64,000 bases of DNA from the human T2T-CHM13v2.0 reference genome, Homo sapiens, in NCBI RefSeq assembly GCF_009914755.1, contig NC_060936.1. The stretch is one strand, 5' to 3'. Below, piece after piece: positions 13,431 to 31,138 of this stretch; positions within the stretch are counted from its first letter, which is position 1, and every line of letters begins with the position of its first letter. The notes beneath the pieces are model-generated. The model searched no databases. It had not been told where the DNA came from and was given only the letters and a program-made list of their open reading frames with translations. A program made the translations under genes and the position numbers.

Positions 13431-14194
13431 CTTTACAACTGTTGAGATGAGGATTACTAAAAAAGAAATCAAAATTAAGAATGTGAGTATTTAAAAAGTG
13501 TAGTTATTAATTTTTCTCTATTACAGTAGAATCATGCCACCTATTAAAGTTTACCTAGTTTAGCAGTTATGGGAGTAATTGATATACTATGTGATAATTA
13601 ACACTGTGGATTAGAGGTGCCCAAAGGAAGGAATAAAAGAGCAGTAAATTTTAATAAGGACTGTAGGAAATACCCTAGAAGGAAAGGGTGCTGAGGCAGG
13701 CTGAGCCTGGAGGGGAAGAAACTGCAGAGGGAAGTGGAGGAGAGAAAATGGGGGGCCAGAGACATCCCTTCCACCTCTGAAGCCAGGGTGACTCCTCAGG
13801 CTGTTCAGTGGCTCCAAGCACTGAAAAGGTGACGATGCCATATCTACCCCTATGTAATTCAAAATAAAAAGGATGCTTCACTGTAGAGTATGTGGATAGA
13901 AGTCCCACAAAGCTCTGGCTTTTCTCATGATGGACAATTTTCTATGTTTCTCAATATCAAATTCTTTTTTAAAAAAATTCCTTGCTTTGCTGATCCCCAA
14001 GCACATTCTTGGTTTGCTTAATCTGTAATCCCACCCGGAAAGTTGTGGCAACTGACTCCTCAGCCCTTGCCATTTGCTTGGCTGACTCCTATACACCCCT
14101 CAGATAATTTAGCTTAGCTATCACCTCATCCAGGAAGCCTTCCCTGATCCTCCAAGACAAGGTCTTGTAGTTATCTCCATCTGTCTCACTAAAG

Positions 14195-14727
14195 CAGGGG
14201 TCCCCAACCCCTAGGCCATGGACTGTTAGCGGTCCATGGCCTGCTAGGAACCAGGCTGCACTGCAGGAGGTGAGTAGCGAGTAGGTAAGCAAGCGAAGCT
14301 TCATCTGTATTTACAGCTGCTCCCCGTCGTTCACATTACTGCCTGAGCCTCGCCTTCTGTCAGATCAGCAGCAGCATTAAATTCTCATAGGAGCGTGAAT
14401 CCTATTGGAACTGCTTATGCGAAGGATCTAAGTTGTATGCTCCTTATGAGAACCTAATACCTGATGATCTGTCACTATCTCCCATCACCCCCAGATGAGA
14501 CTGCCTAGTTGCAGGAAAACAAGCTCAGGGCTCCCACTGATTCTACATTATGGTGATAATTATTTCGTTATATATTACAATGTAACAATAATAGAAATAA
14601 AGTGTACAATAACTGTAATGCATTTGAATCATCCTGAAACCAACTCCCCTCCCCAACCACCACCATCCGTGGAAAAATTGTCTTCCATGAACCTGGTCTC
14701 TGGTGCCAAAAAGGTTGGGGACTGCTG
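14195..14727 (+). mobile_element. MER1A (hAT-Charlie non-autonomous), complete
   Basis: TIRs caggggtccccaacc / ggttggggactgctg; perfect 8-bp TSD cactaaag. Confidence 0.92.
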
Positions 14728-14760
14728 CACTAAAGCACATTTCCCTGTGAAATTAAATTC

Positions 14761-15048
14761 TTTTTTTTTTTTGAGACAGGGTCTCTCTCTGTCTCCCAGG
14801 TTGGAGTCTAGTAGTACGATCATGGTTCACTGCAGGCTCAAGTGATCCTCTCACCTCAGCCTCCAGAGTAGCTGGCACTACAGGCATGTACCACCATGCC
14901 TGGTTAATTTTTTTTTAATTATTTTTTGTAGAGACAGAGTCTCCCTATATTCCCCAAGCTGGTCTTGAACTCGTGGACTCAAGTGATCCTTCCACCTTGC
15001 CTTCCCAAAATGCTGGGATTACAGGTGTGAGTCACTGTGCCTGGCCTG
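14761..15048 (-). mobile_element. Alu (J-like)
   Basis: Antisense Alu with a short internal deletion. Confidence 0.9.
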
Positions 15049-15612
15049 GAATGTAAATTTGTGGAGAGCCAGACCATATCTGTCTTTTTCATCCTTGCAC
15101 CCCCTGTGCCTAGAACAGTGCCTGGCTCAAAGCTGAATAAAAGTGTACTAAATGAATAAATCATTGAAAGAGTAATCCCACTCCACCCCACCTCCCCTGA
15201 TTCCTTCACCTCCAACAAACACCTAGACAGAGTTATCCCACAGGCTCGGTGTAGGTCACTCCCACCTGTCTCCAGAGCCCTTACACTTCTGCTGCCTCAA
15301 AATCAGAGATCTTCCCACCTGTATGCCTCCAGTTCCACACTGATTGAGTTTAATGAGAACCCATTCAAAGGATAAAAAATTATAAGCACAGACAGAATTT
15401 CCACAACTGAATTTTCTGAGCCTAGGTGATAAAGTTGAAAAAACAAAGCATTTACGACCTCACTCTGAGGGGGTCTCTGAGTTTTATGAACTATTAAGTA
15501 AAGGATTTTCTGCAAACTGCGTCTTCCCAACTTGGCACAATCCTGTCTTAATCACTTTCCCAAATAGGGTTTTCCTGGCTGGAAATGCTCCCCCAACTTT
15601 GTTTGCCTATAA

Positions 15613-15950
<338 letters not shown>

Positions 15951-16439
15951 AGGAATTGCTAAAAAATTCTTGAGACCATCTAGCTCAAAGGTTACAAACT
16001 CCTATCCAGTTGCCTTTGTAGGCAGCATACTTATTTTTATTTCACCTATACAAGTCTGGGGGGTTTCTACCCCAAACTTTGAGAGGGATTTAAATGTATT
16101 TTGGGGAAAGCCATGGCTTCTTTCCTTTCCCCCAAGCCCCACCACCAACCCCTGGCTTCTACCAGGCTATTTCTCAGTTTATGTTACCAACCTGGCCTCT
16201 GATGACAGATCTGAGTTTTGGCCACTGAGGCGGGTTCAACCTCCAACCCATTCCAAAAATTCCTTCCCCAGCTGTCTCATGTAGGGATGTCCTTGCCTTC
16301 CAAGCCCAGTTCAAGTCCCAGACCTCCTCTGGGAGACCCATCTCTATTCCCAGCCCCACCTTGCCTTTTCCTGCCTTTCCCTTCCGTTTTTCATGTTGTT
16401 ACTGGTGCCCACATCACAGGTGCAGAGACAGTAAACTCT

Positions 16440-16945
16440 GAAGAGGCCTGCTGCTGTTTTTCATCCAGAATAGGCTTCCCCCTTCTTCTGGGAAATGTAC
16501 ATTTCCCTGACTCTAATTGTGAGGTTCCCATGGGAACAGAGAGCAGACCACTCTCTTCTGACAGATCCCATCCCCTTGGCCCCTGGTGATTGGTGTAGGA
16601 TTGGGCACCTGATTCAAGCCAGGGCAGACATGAGCCTCTACTGCCCCACTGGATACAGTCTTTGAACCAGGCCAGAACCCTTACCCAGGGTTTGTAAACT
16701 TGACCCCAGGGAGAGCAAGAGTCAGTCCCTTTCTGGTATCAAAGCTGGGTGGAGCTGCCCTGGTGGCTGTTGCTTGACTTGCCACCAGTCCTGGGGAAAA
16801 AGCCAAAACACTAAGAGAATAGCAGAAAGGAGAAACAGAGGAGAGACTCTGCAGAATTCAATCTCTAGTTCTCCATTTTGTCTAAGCTAGTACTGGTTGT
16901 ATCCCATGTCAGGTATGGTCCCAGACATAATAACTAAAAGAGAAG
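16440..16945. mobile_element. Ancient ERVL/MaLR-type LTR, subfamily unresolved
   Basis: cccttcttctggg...tgattggtgtaggattgggcacctgattcaagcc motif chain, similar to 18570-19185 and 42360-42840. Confidence 0.45.
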
Positions 16946-17009
16946 TTAGTTTCATTCATTGTGATACTGCTTGACATCTCCTGTCATCTGAGTTAACATA
17001 TATCACCTC

Positions 17010-17305
17010 TGGCCGGGTGCAGTGGCTCACACCTGCAATCTCAGCACTTTGGGAGGCTGAGGTGGGTGGATCACCTGAGGTCAAGAGTTCGAGACCAGCC
17101 TGGCCAACATGTGAAACCCCATCTCTAATAAAAATACAAAAATTAGCCAGGTGTGGTGGCACACTCCTGTAATCCCAGTGGAGGCTGAGGCAGGAGAATT
17201 GCTTGAACCTGGGAGATGGAGGTTGCAGCGAGCCGAGATCGTGCAACTGCACTTCAGTCTGGGTGACAGAGCGAGACTCCGTTTCAAAAAAAACAAACAA
17301 ACAAA
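17010..17305 (+). mobile_element. Alu (Sx-like)
   Basis: Dimer; TSD acatatatcacctct / acatatcacctct. Confidence 0.93.
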
Positions 17306-17560
17306 CACATATCACCTCTTAGATAATATGCAGTGCAAAATAAATTATTGCAAGGCTTATAGTTAGTGACACAAGCCTAGGATCCCAGAGAGAACCCAGG
17401 ATGAGAAGTACGCAGAACTTGAGGGACACAAAAGAGGACTTCAAAAAGGGGAGACACTTCTGAACTAGGCTTTACATTTTTAAGATATTCAACTAAAAAA
17501 AATGGTTTTTTACATTTTATGGCACTAAAATAGAGCTTTTACAGGACACCTGATCATTTA

Positions 17561-18025
<465 letters not shown>

Positions 18026-18060
18026 CTATTATGTAGAATCCCTACCTAATATGAAAAATG

Positions 18061-18356
18061 AAAGAAAAATGAAGGTGAGTAGCAGGGCAAGAGCAGGAAA
18101 TGCTGGGTGGGGAACAAGAAGGACTGTGATTTGGACCACGATAAGGTTGCTCACTGAGCAGCGGAAAGTTCTCTAATGGGCAGATCCAAGGGGCGGTTCA
18201 GCTTGGAAGGGCTTCTAGGAGCAGAAGTGGCCTAAAGACTGTTGTGCTGGCTCTCCACTTCCTCATATTTCAATTGTTGCTCTAGACCAGAGGGCAGCAA
18301 ACCTTCTTTCAGGGGCAGATAGTAAATACTGTAAACTTTGCATTGCGACAACTCTG
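18061..18356 (-). repeat. Left arm of a ~296-bp inverted duplication (reverse complement of 19981-20278)
   Basis: Manual alignment gives about 17 mismatches and one small indel (~94% identity). Confidence 0.93.
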
Positions 18357-18569
18357 GGCATGGTGGTGTGCACCTGTATTCCCACATCTTACACTAAATT
18401 GATTCCAAATGCCCTATTCATGGCCCTCTTGCCTGACAGCTGCCTCCACTACCTCCAACAGTGGCAGAAGTCAGTGGCCATGTTTGTTTAAGGATCTTAG
18501 CACTGTAATCATAGCAGGCACTTATAAAAATAATTGTCAATATAGTCGATAGAGTAGAATTCTCTTGTG

Positions 18570-19185
18570 AATACAGCACACACCTGTCTGCCCAGCATGC
18601 CTTTTCACTCTTCTTTCGGTGACATTGCTCTCCTTCTTTGGGGATAATTGCTTTTCCCCCACCTCCAACTACATGATCCTAGAGGGTGCAGCCAATCCTA
18701 TTACACGGTACTTGACACAAGCCAGGCTGATTACAGTACCTCACCTCCCCCAGCCACAGGGATTAGCTTGAGGAGTGGGCCAAATCAGGCCAAATAGGAT
18801 CATTCTATTGGGTTTTAAAATCTAGATCTAGTGGAAGAGAAAGCAAACATTTACTTTGCTCCTAGGTGACAAAGTCATGATGTGACCCAGAATTCCCAAC
18901 AGATACCTCCCTTGAGATATAGAAAATACTTGTCTACATAGGAAAGGTAATTGAGAGAAATGATGGCAGGGGGAAAGGGGGAGGTGGGGGGAGTTGAGGA
19001 AGGGGCACTTAATCCCTGAATATCCCTGAGCTTCTCTAGTTCCTCTTTACCTAAGGCTGAATTGTTGAGCTTCAATTCTGAGAACTACTCTAGTATCCAA
19101 TAAGTCACTCTTATCTTTCTTTTTCTTCCCTTCTGTAAGTTTGAATTCAGTTTCTGTTGCTTGCAATCAGAGTCTCAGTGAATAT
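18570..19185. mobile_element. Ancient ERVL/MaLR-type LTR, subfamily unresolved
   Basis: Same motif chain as 16440-16945; ends ...tttctgttgcttgcaatcagagtctcagtgaata. Confidence 0.45.
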
Positions 19186-19857
19186 ATAAATTGTCTGGGA
19201 TCTATTTTGGTTTTGCTTGAAGAGCATTTCGGGAATGAAAAGCCTGCAGTTTGGGAACAAACTTCAAGAACCAGTCATTTTCAAGAGGACAGTAGAAGAG
19301 AGAAAAAGTTTTAAGTAAGAAAGAGTGTATTTGTTATCCCTTATAATAATAATGGCCTGTCATTACCTATGAGGTGGGTATTATCTCTATTTTACAGGAG
19401 AGAAAACTGGCTCAGCAAACCAAACAGCTAGAAAATGACAGGTTGTAAATTCGGACATGTCTGATTTCTTAAACATTTCACCAGGCTAAAATATGTTCCT
19501 GGTATGAAAGGAAAACTATCCTTTAATCTAATATATTTTCAGAAAATACCTTAAATCTAACGTTGGAACTGGAAATTCCTGCTCCATATCCCTCATTAAT
19601 AGTTAGTTAACTACACATGCATTCATTCGGAGACATCCGTAGGAATTACAGCAGAATCTACTGACTCATTCATTCCTGGTACTCTGAAAGAAGTTCAGAT
19701 AATTTATCTGGCAGGAGCCAGACCTGGGAAAAGGCCCATTCAAAAGTCTATCTGAAGATGTATACACCTACTATGCACCCACAACAATTAAAATTTAAAA
19801 AAATTTTTTTAAGTGTACCTGAAGGCAAAACAATGAAAAAATTCTTACCTGTCTAGG

Positions 19858-20052
19858 GCAGGGGTTGGCAAACTACGGCCTGCAGCCCCGCTGCCTGTTT
19901 TTGTAAAGAAAGTGGTATTGGAACACAGCTACATCTTTCATTTATGTATTGTCTTTGCTGCTTTCCTGCTACAATGGCAGCAGAGTTGTTGCAATGCAAA
20001 GTTTGCAATATTTACTATCTGCCCCTGACAGAAAAGGTTTGCTGCCCTCTGG
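19858..20052. mobile_element. MER58A (hAT-Charlie)
   Basis: caggggttggcaaactacggcc...gttttttgtaaa-like...tttactatctgcccctgacagaaaaggtttgctgccctctg; gtctaggg on both flanks. Confidence 0.8.
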
Positions 20053-20278
20053 TCTAGGGCAACAATTGAAATATAAGGAAGTGGAGAGCCAGCACAACAG
20101 TCTTTAAGCCACTTCTGTTCCTAGAAGCCCTTCCAAGCTGAACCGCCCCTTGGATCTGCCCATCAGAGAACTTTCTGCTGCTCAGTGAGCAACCTTATCG
20201 TGGTCCAAATCACAGTCCTTCTTGTTCCCCACCCGATGTTTCTTGCTGTTGCCCTGCTACTCACCTCCATTTTTCTTT
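19981..20278 (+). repeat. Right arm of the inverted duplication
   Basis: Reverse complement of 18061-18356; begins inside the intact MER58A. Confidence 0.93.
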
Positions 20279-20332
20279 TTCCATGTCCATAGCCCAGGTG
20301 TAAATCTTACCTCTGCCTCCTACTCCCTAAGG

Positions 20333-20777
20333 CGGTGGTCCCTAACCTTTATGGCACCAGGGACCAGTTTCATGAAAGACCATTTTTTCCATGGACAAGG
20401 GATGGGAGGGATGGTTTTGTGATGATTCAAGTGCATTACAGATATTGTGCTCTTTATTTCTATTATGATTACATTATAATATATGATGAAATAATTATAC
20501 AACTCACCATAATGTAAAATCAGTGGGAGTCCTGACCTTGTTTTCCTGAAACTAGGTGGTCACATCTGGGGATGATGGGAGACAGTGACTGATCATCAGA
20601 CATTAGATTCTCATAAGGAGCCCACAACCTGGATCCCTCACATGCGTAGTTCACAACAGGGTTTGTGCTTCTGAGAGAATCTACAGCCCCGCTGATCTGA
20701 CAGGAGGTGGAGCTCAGATAGTTCCTAACAGGCCACAGGCTGGTACCAGCCAGTGGCCCAGGTATTTGGGAACCCTG
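20333..20777 (-). mobile_element. MER1A with an internal deletion
   Basis: Reverse-oriented homologue of 14195-14727; perfect TSD ccctaagg. Confidence 0.9.
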
Positions 20778-20789
20778 CCCTAAGGCATC

Positions 20790-21150
20790 TATTCACCTCT
20801 GCCCAGCCCTGTGGCCTCCTCCTTCTTCCAGCTGCAGAACTCAAGCCCTACCTACTCTTGAGTTTGGCCAGTGAGGAGAGGTACCAACAGAACAAAGAAG
20901 AGAAGAAATCAAGGTTGGGTGTTTATTTCCCTGGCTTCTTCCTGCTGGGCTGCTGCCTCCCCCTACCCAAGCCTGTAGCCCTGGTGGGGCCACCCCCAAC
21001 TCCCCTACTCTCCATAGACTCTGAAATGCATCCTTCCCTTTGCTTTCTCACACTTGGGTGTCAAGTGGTTTCTGGCTGTTGTTACCGTAAGGAACTACAC
21101 TGGCTCTTACTGGTTTTCCTAAACCTGGTCACATCTGTGTAATAGTCCCT
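20790..21150 (+). mobile_element. LTR33-like ERVL LTR fragment
   Basis: gggtgtttatttccctggcttcttcctgc...ttttcctaaacctggtcacatctgtgtaatagtccctc. Confidence 0.5.
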
Positions 21151-21845
<695 letters not shown>

Positions 21846-21969
21846 CATTGACAAGGTAAAAAAATCAGTTATTCTTATATGTGTGGGTCTGTTTCTGGAC
21901 TCTCTATTCTGTTCTATTGCAGTATTTTTCTGTCTTTATGCTGATACCACACTGTCTTTTTTCTTTTAA

Positions 21970-22773
<804 letters not shown>

Positions 22774-23143
22774 TCTGCATGAATTTTAGAATCACTTTGT
22801 CTTTTTTTTTTCTTTACAAATAGCCTGCACTAATTTTCATTAGCATTAAATTAACAGCAATTTGGAGAGAATTGACATCTTAATAATACTGAGCCTTCTG
22901 ACCTATGAACATAGTATATCTCTCCATTTGTTAAAATCATCTTTATCTCAGCAATGTTTTATAGTTTTCACTGTTTAGGTCTTGCAATTCTTTGTCAGAT
23001 TTTCATAATTAAAAAAATAATTGGAGTTTATAAGGAGAACTAGCTGGAATGATCATTTTAATTTTGAAGTAGGTGAAGAACATTTCTATTTGGTAGGCAC
23101 ATTTATTTTTATATTTTCCTCTTATATCAAAAATTTAAATACA

Positions 23144-23300
23144 GGCCAGGCACAGTGGCTCATGCCTGTAATCCCAGCACTTTGGGAGGCCGAGATGGGC
23201 AGATCACTTGAGATCAGGAGTTTGAGAACAGCCTGGCCAACATGGCAAAACTCTGTCTCTACTAAAAAGAATACAAAAATACCCTGTCTCAAAACAAAAA
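23144..23300 (+). mobile_element. Alu lacking most of the right arm
   Basis: Left arm and A-rich linker joined directly to accctgtctcaaaa; TSD ttaaatacag kept on both sides. Confidence 0.85.
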
Positions 23301-23745
23301 TTTTTTTTGATTAAATACAGATTCAAGGGCAACTGTAGGTCTTATTTTGCAAAGTATATGAACATTCACATTCTGAATGCAAGGAAGGACAATGACATCT
23401 ACAACAAAATTGTTCATTTTCTCAAAGTGCAAAAGCAGCTCACATGGTTAAAAATTCCATTTTTTTCCATGAACATTGCTGCTGCATTTTACACATGAAT
23501 AACTGGAATTATGGTTCCTTAGCTTAAGAAGACTGTATTTCTTGATGAATGTAATATTTTTCTTTGCTCACTCAAATTTTATACATGAGAGGATTAAATA
23601 TTAACATACTACCATTCTTCTAAATAAAACATTTTAAATGTATTTAAATTAGGTATACAGGAGAGTGGGATTACAAGACCGAATGTTTAATGTGAAAATT
23701 GTAGCTATCTGTTTTTACTTAATTGAGTGAGTTTAGAATAGCAGT

Positions 23746-24134
<389 letters not shown>

Positions 24135-24629
24135 TCAGCCATTAGGATCACAGAAAATTACCAGGGTCTTGGGCTGTCCTGAGATTTGAAAGTCCAGAAG
24201 ACTTAAATTTTCATAATTTTTTAATCTATTGAAAATGGTATTGTTTTTCTAATTTTAGTGTCTGATTGTTCATTGCTAGTACATAGGAATTTTTGTAGAA
24301 ATAGCTTGTATCCTGCAATTTCACTTATTTTAGTAGCTTTTTTTGTAGACGCCATTGGGTTTTCTACAAGAATGATCATGTTATCTGTGAATCAACACAA
24401 TTTTACTTCATCCTTTTTGATATAAATACCTTTTATTTCTTTTCCTTGGCTAGAGTCTTCAGTATAATGTTAAGTAGAAGTGGTAAGAGCAGACATTCTC
24501 CCCTTATAACTAATCTTAGGGGGAAAACATTTAGTTGGTAGCCATTAAGTTTGATGTTACCTGTAGGTTTTTGATAAACACCCTAGAGCAAGTTGAGAAG
24601 TTCCCTTCTACTCCTACTTTGGGGAGATT

Positions 24630-25233
<604 letters not shown>

Positions 25234-25321
25234 TAATTTTTTTTTTTTTAATCATGAATCTGTCAGATTCATCATATCTTTGGTAGTTTGTGCTTTCAAG
25301 GAATTTGTCTATTTCACCTAA

Positions 25322-26083
<762 letters not shown>

Positions 26084-26719
26084 TCAGCTAGAGATGTATT
26101 AATGTTATGGCTTTTCTCAAGGAATCAGCTTTTGATTGTATTAATGTTTATTGTTTTCCTGTTTTCCATTTTACCGATTTTGGCTTTGATCTTTATGGAT
26201 CCTTCTACTTACTCAAGGTTTAATTTGCTTCTACTTACTCAAGGTTTAATTTGCTTTTCTTTTTCTAGTTTCTTAATATGAAAACTGAGTCATTGATTTC
26301 ACACCTTTCTTCTTTTATAATGTAAATATTTATTATTCCAAAATTCCTTCTAAATTCTGCTGCACTATACAAACTTTGATATGTTGCATTTTCATTTTTA
26401 TTTAGTTTGAAATACTTTCCTATTTCCATTTTGATTTATTCTTTGATCCAAGGGTAAGGGTGCTTTATTTAGTTTCCAAATATTGATATTGATTGCTAAT
26501 TTAATTTCATGTGTTCAGAAAATGCACTTTGTAGGAAGTGAATTCTTTTAAATTTGTTGAGACTTGTTTTATGGCCCAGAATATGCTCTATCTTGGTAAA
26601 TGTTCTGTGTGCACTTGAAAAGAATTTGCATTCTGCTCTTGTTGGGTGGAATGTTGTATAAATGGCAATTAGGCCAAGTTGATTGATAATGCTATGTCAG
26701 TAAACAAAATTAAAGGAAC

Positions 26720-27080
26720 TGTATTAGTCCATTTTTACACTGTTGATAAAGCCATACCCGAGTCTGGGTAATTTATAAAGAAAAAGAGGTTTAATGGATT
26801 CACAGTCCCACATGGCTGGGGAGGCCTTACAATTATGGCAGAAGGTGAAAGGCATGTCTTACATCATGGCAGGCAAGAGAGAATGACAGCCAAGTGAAAG
26901 GGGAAACCCCTTATAAAACCATCAGATCTCGTGAGACTTGTTCACTGCCACAAGAACAGCATGGGGAAAACCGCCCCTATGATTCAATTATCTCTCACTG
27001 GCTCCTTCCTACAACACATGGGAATTATGGGAGCTACAATTCAAGATGAGATTTGGGTGGGGACACAGCCAACCACATCA
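26720..27080 (-). mobile_element. THE1 solo LTR
   Basis: tgtattagtcc...ggacacagccaaccacatca; TSD ggaac/ggaat. Confidence 0.9.
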
Positions 27081-27230
27081 GGAATCTCTAAAAAAGTATT
27101 GAATATGGAGAATGCCAAAAAGCCTGATGAAGGATACAATTTTTGTATGTTAGAATTATTTCGTATTTCAAGTTAAACTGTTTTCCCCAGCCATATTTGT
27201 TCCTACTCTTTTTTTTTACCTTCAGCCTGT

Positions 27231-28018
27231 TGTTGACATAAAGAAATAAACTGAGGCAAAAACAGGTAAATATTTATATGGGCCAAGGTTGAGGACTGCA
27301 GCCTGGGAAACACTTCCAAATTACCTTGGGAAGTGCTCTGGAGAATAAAAAAGTGGCTCGAGGTTTTAAAGAAAAAAGGATGAATCAGGAGAGGGGGCAA
27401 TTACAAAAGTTATTTGTCAGGAATTCTCATTGGTTTAGAGAAATAACATTGGTTAGTGATTGGCTGTATATTACTGGACTATATATAGGGTATGAGTTAT
27501 GGTGTCCAGCCTGTGGCATCGTTAGGTTAATTTATAGCCATTTATGGTGACACTCAGTCTAGAGTCTATACATAACAGGAGGATTCAAGAGATGATTACT
27601 CAGTTACTCAGCTGGAGGTGGGGAAATGGGACTTGACTGCTGCCTCACTCCTATGCCTCTCTGGGCCTGATCACCTTCCTCAGATAAAAAGTTTTCTTTT
27701 TGGCTGGGCGCAGTGGCTCATGCGTGTAATCCCAGCATTTTGGGAGGCTGAGGCGGGTGGATCACCTGAGGTCAGGGGTTCGAGACCAGCCTGACCAACA
27801 TGGAGAAACCCTATCTCTACTAATAATGCAATATTAGCTGGGCATGGTGGCAAATGCCTGTAATCCCAGCTACTTGGAAGGCTGAGGCAGGAGAATTACT
27901 TGAACCTGGGAGGCGGAGGTTGCCATGAGCCTAGATCGCACCATTGCCCTCCAGCCTGGGCAGTAAGAGCAAAACTCCATCTAAAAAAAAAAAAAAAAAG
28001 TTTTATTTTCTTTCTCAC
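27231..28018 (-). mobile_element. ERV1 (MER4-group) solo LTR split by an Alu
   Basis: tgttgacataaagaaataaactgaggc ... ttttctttctca; subfamily unresolved. Confidence 0.6.
27702..27999 (+). mobile_element. Alu (Sp-like)
   Basis: Dimer with aaaagtttt-like TSD. Confidence 0.93.
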
Positions 28019-28742
28019 TAGCATGATTTCCTGCTGGATGTGAGGAAGCACAGAAGAGCCTACTCCCAGCTAAGGTTGTGGGCTTGCTTTTCAGGTCTAG
28101 GTCTCTGTCATGTTTTCCCAAAGGCCCCCAATCATTTGGCTAGCTTTCCTCTTTTCTTCTGAGCTGACTAGGGGTAACAGAATCACAAAAGTGAGAACAT
28201 TGTAAGGGTTTCAGAAATCTTATCAAAGTCTAATCATAAATTACAAATTCCCTTTCGGTTCTGCTTACCCAACATTGATGTTGCAGGAGGCTCGAAGTAT
28301 AGAGAGAAGTAAGATATAGCCCTTGCTATAAAGAAAGGATCATCAAATTTCTTCTGTAAAGGGCCAGATAGTAAATGTTTTAGGCTCTGGGATATAAAGC
28401 CTATTTCTTGCGATATAATAAGAAACATATATTTGGTCTTTGCCCCTAGTTCCTGGCACATAGCTCTTGGAACCTTGGAACCTCTGAAAGGATAAATGTC
28501 TATTTATATGCTAATGAGATGACTGAAGGCTAGGGCTTCCTAAGCAGTCTCAGGACCAAGGCTGGTTGCCAGGGGAAGCAATCATGTAAGTAGAGGTTGG
28601 AACTTTTAGTCCCACCCCACCAACCTCTAGGGAGAAGAAAGAAGCCAAATGTTGAGTTGATCATCAGTGGCCAATGATTTAATCAATTGTACCTATGTAA
28701 TGAAGCCTCCATAAAAACACCAAAGGACTGGGTTTGAAAATA

Positions 28743-29166
<424 letters not shown>

Positions 29167-29270
29167 TAAGAAATGGATAAACATAAGTAAAGTGTTTCCC
29201 TGAGTTCTATGAGCTGTCCTAGCAATTTAGTTGAACCCAAGGAGGAGGTCATGGTAACTCCAGTTTATAG

Positions 29271-30031
29271 TGTTGCCAAACTGAGCTGGGGCCTGCTTGC
29301 CTGGCACAGTAAGGCCAAACATCCATGCTGAGATTTTGCAGTGAGAGAAAGGAGGGCATTTATTTGCAGTGTGCCATGCAAGGAGAATCTGGCAGTTCAT
29401 GCTCAAGATCTGACCTCTGCAAGCCAAGGGTTTTTAAAGGTACAGGTAAATTTCAGGAAAGCAGAAGTTACAGGCAAAATTGTAAACCAATACTTGGAGG
29501 TTAAACATCAGTTTGGCCTAAAAAGGCAGGATATCCTCAACCAAGGGCTTACAGGTCATGGGTCAATTAAAAGATTTTCTGATTTGCAATTGGTTAGGGA
29601 AGGAAAGCTTCATCTAAAGACTTGGGGTCATCAGAAAACAATGTTAGGTCTGGCCCATGGGCGTGACTTCCTCCTGGCCCCTGAGGAAGAAATTTAGAAC
29701 AAAGAATGGCAGCCAGAGTTCAGTCCTCAGTGTTCTCCCCTTATCTGAGGTCCGTGTGCCAGTGGATCCATTTGGCAGGGGTCTGGATTTCTAAAGAACA
29801 ACTCAGGGCTATTTGTTAACATGTTATCTTTAGTTTCTATAGAGAACCAAACATCTCATGACTCTAACTTCCTTGGCTATTGTTTTAAGCTACTATTACC
29901 TTTTTGCTTATTAAGTTGCTCATTTACTTCTCAGGGCTAGCTAGGTTCCCAGGATTTCCCTTAAATGAACTCAAGATTTGCCTTTATTTCCATGCTTGAG
30001 GGTGCCTAGCAGGGACCTCTGTTCCTTCTCA
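29271..30031 (-). mobile_element. ERV1-class solo LTR (MER66-like) nested in MER21
   Basis: TG...CA ends; perfect 4-bp TSD atag; subfamily name uncertain. Confidence 0.7.
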
Positions 30032-30785
30032 ATAGCTGATTGGCTGGAAGCACTAATCACAACCTTGGGCTTGCAACTGGCATCTAAAGCAGTCTTATGG
30101 GACTGGGTCCTCAACCCATGGGATCTGATGCTATCTCTAGATAGTGTCAGAATCGAATGGAATTATAGGATGCAAAGCTGGTGCCTGACGAGAATTCCTT
30201 GGTGTATGGAGAAAAACCCACACACATCTGGTGTCAGAAGTGAAGTATTAAGTGGTGTGAGTAGAGAGAAAAACCACTGAGTAGACAAAGTGGTTTAGGC
30301 TGCTGGGAGAGGACTGCTTGTCTGTCGGCCAGGACATTTCTCAGCTGGACTAGTGAGATGATTACTTTATTCTCTTAAACCTCCAAGGCTCAGATGATGC
30401 CGTGCATGACTCCAGGGAGCACCATTCACTTAGACTATAGTGAATAGCACCCCCTGCAGCTGTGCAACATGGTGGCTCAGGCCAGTTTATACACCTGTCA
30501 TATTCTCTCTCTCCACTTTATCCCCACCACCACCCCGTACGACCACCACCATGCTCAGAAAACCCTTGCCTAGCACGCTCCTGGACTATTCATGTCAAAA
30601 CAACTGTGGGAAATGATGCAAATAGCAACATTAATATCCACAAGCTAAAATACAGCATGGCTTCATTTTCTTCTTGTTTCCTTTCTCCGTGATATCAAGT
30701 TGTGTTTCTGCCTGTGAGAAAGACACTCACCCATCCAGTCCCAAAGAATGGACTTACAGGCACGAAGAACAGCAAAAGTGAGACT

Positions 30786-31138
<353 letters not shown>

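Noticed and set aside
18284-20055. Convergent CTCF-like motifs (agaccagagggcagca) in the two inverted arms
   Set aside because: The conserved CC at the 5' side of the CTCF core is replaced by AG and the match derives from the MER58A end; unsupported without ChIP data
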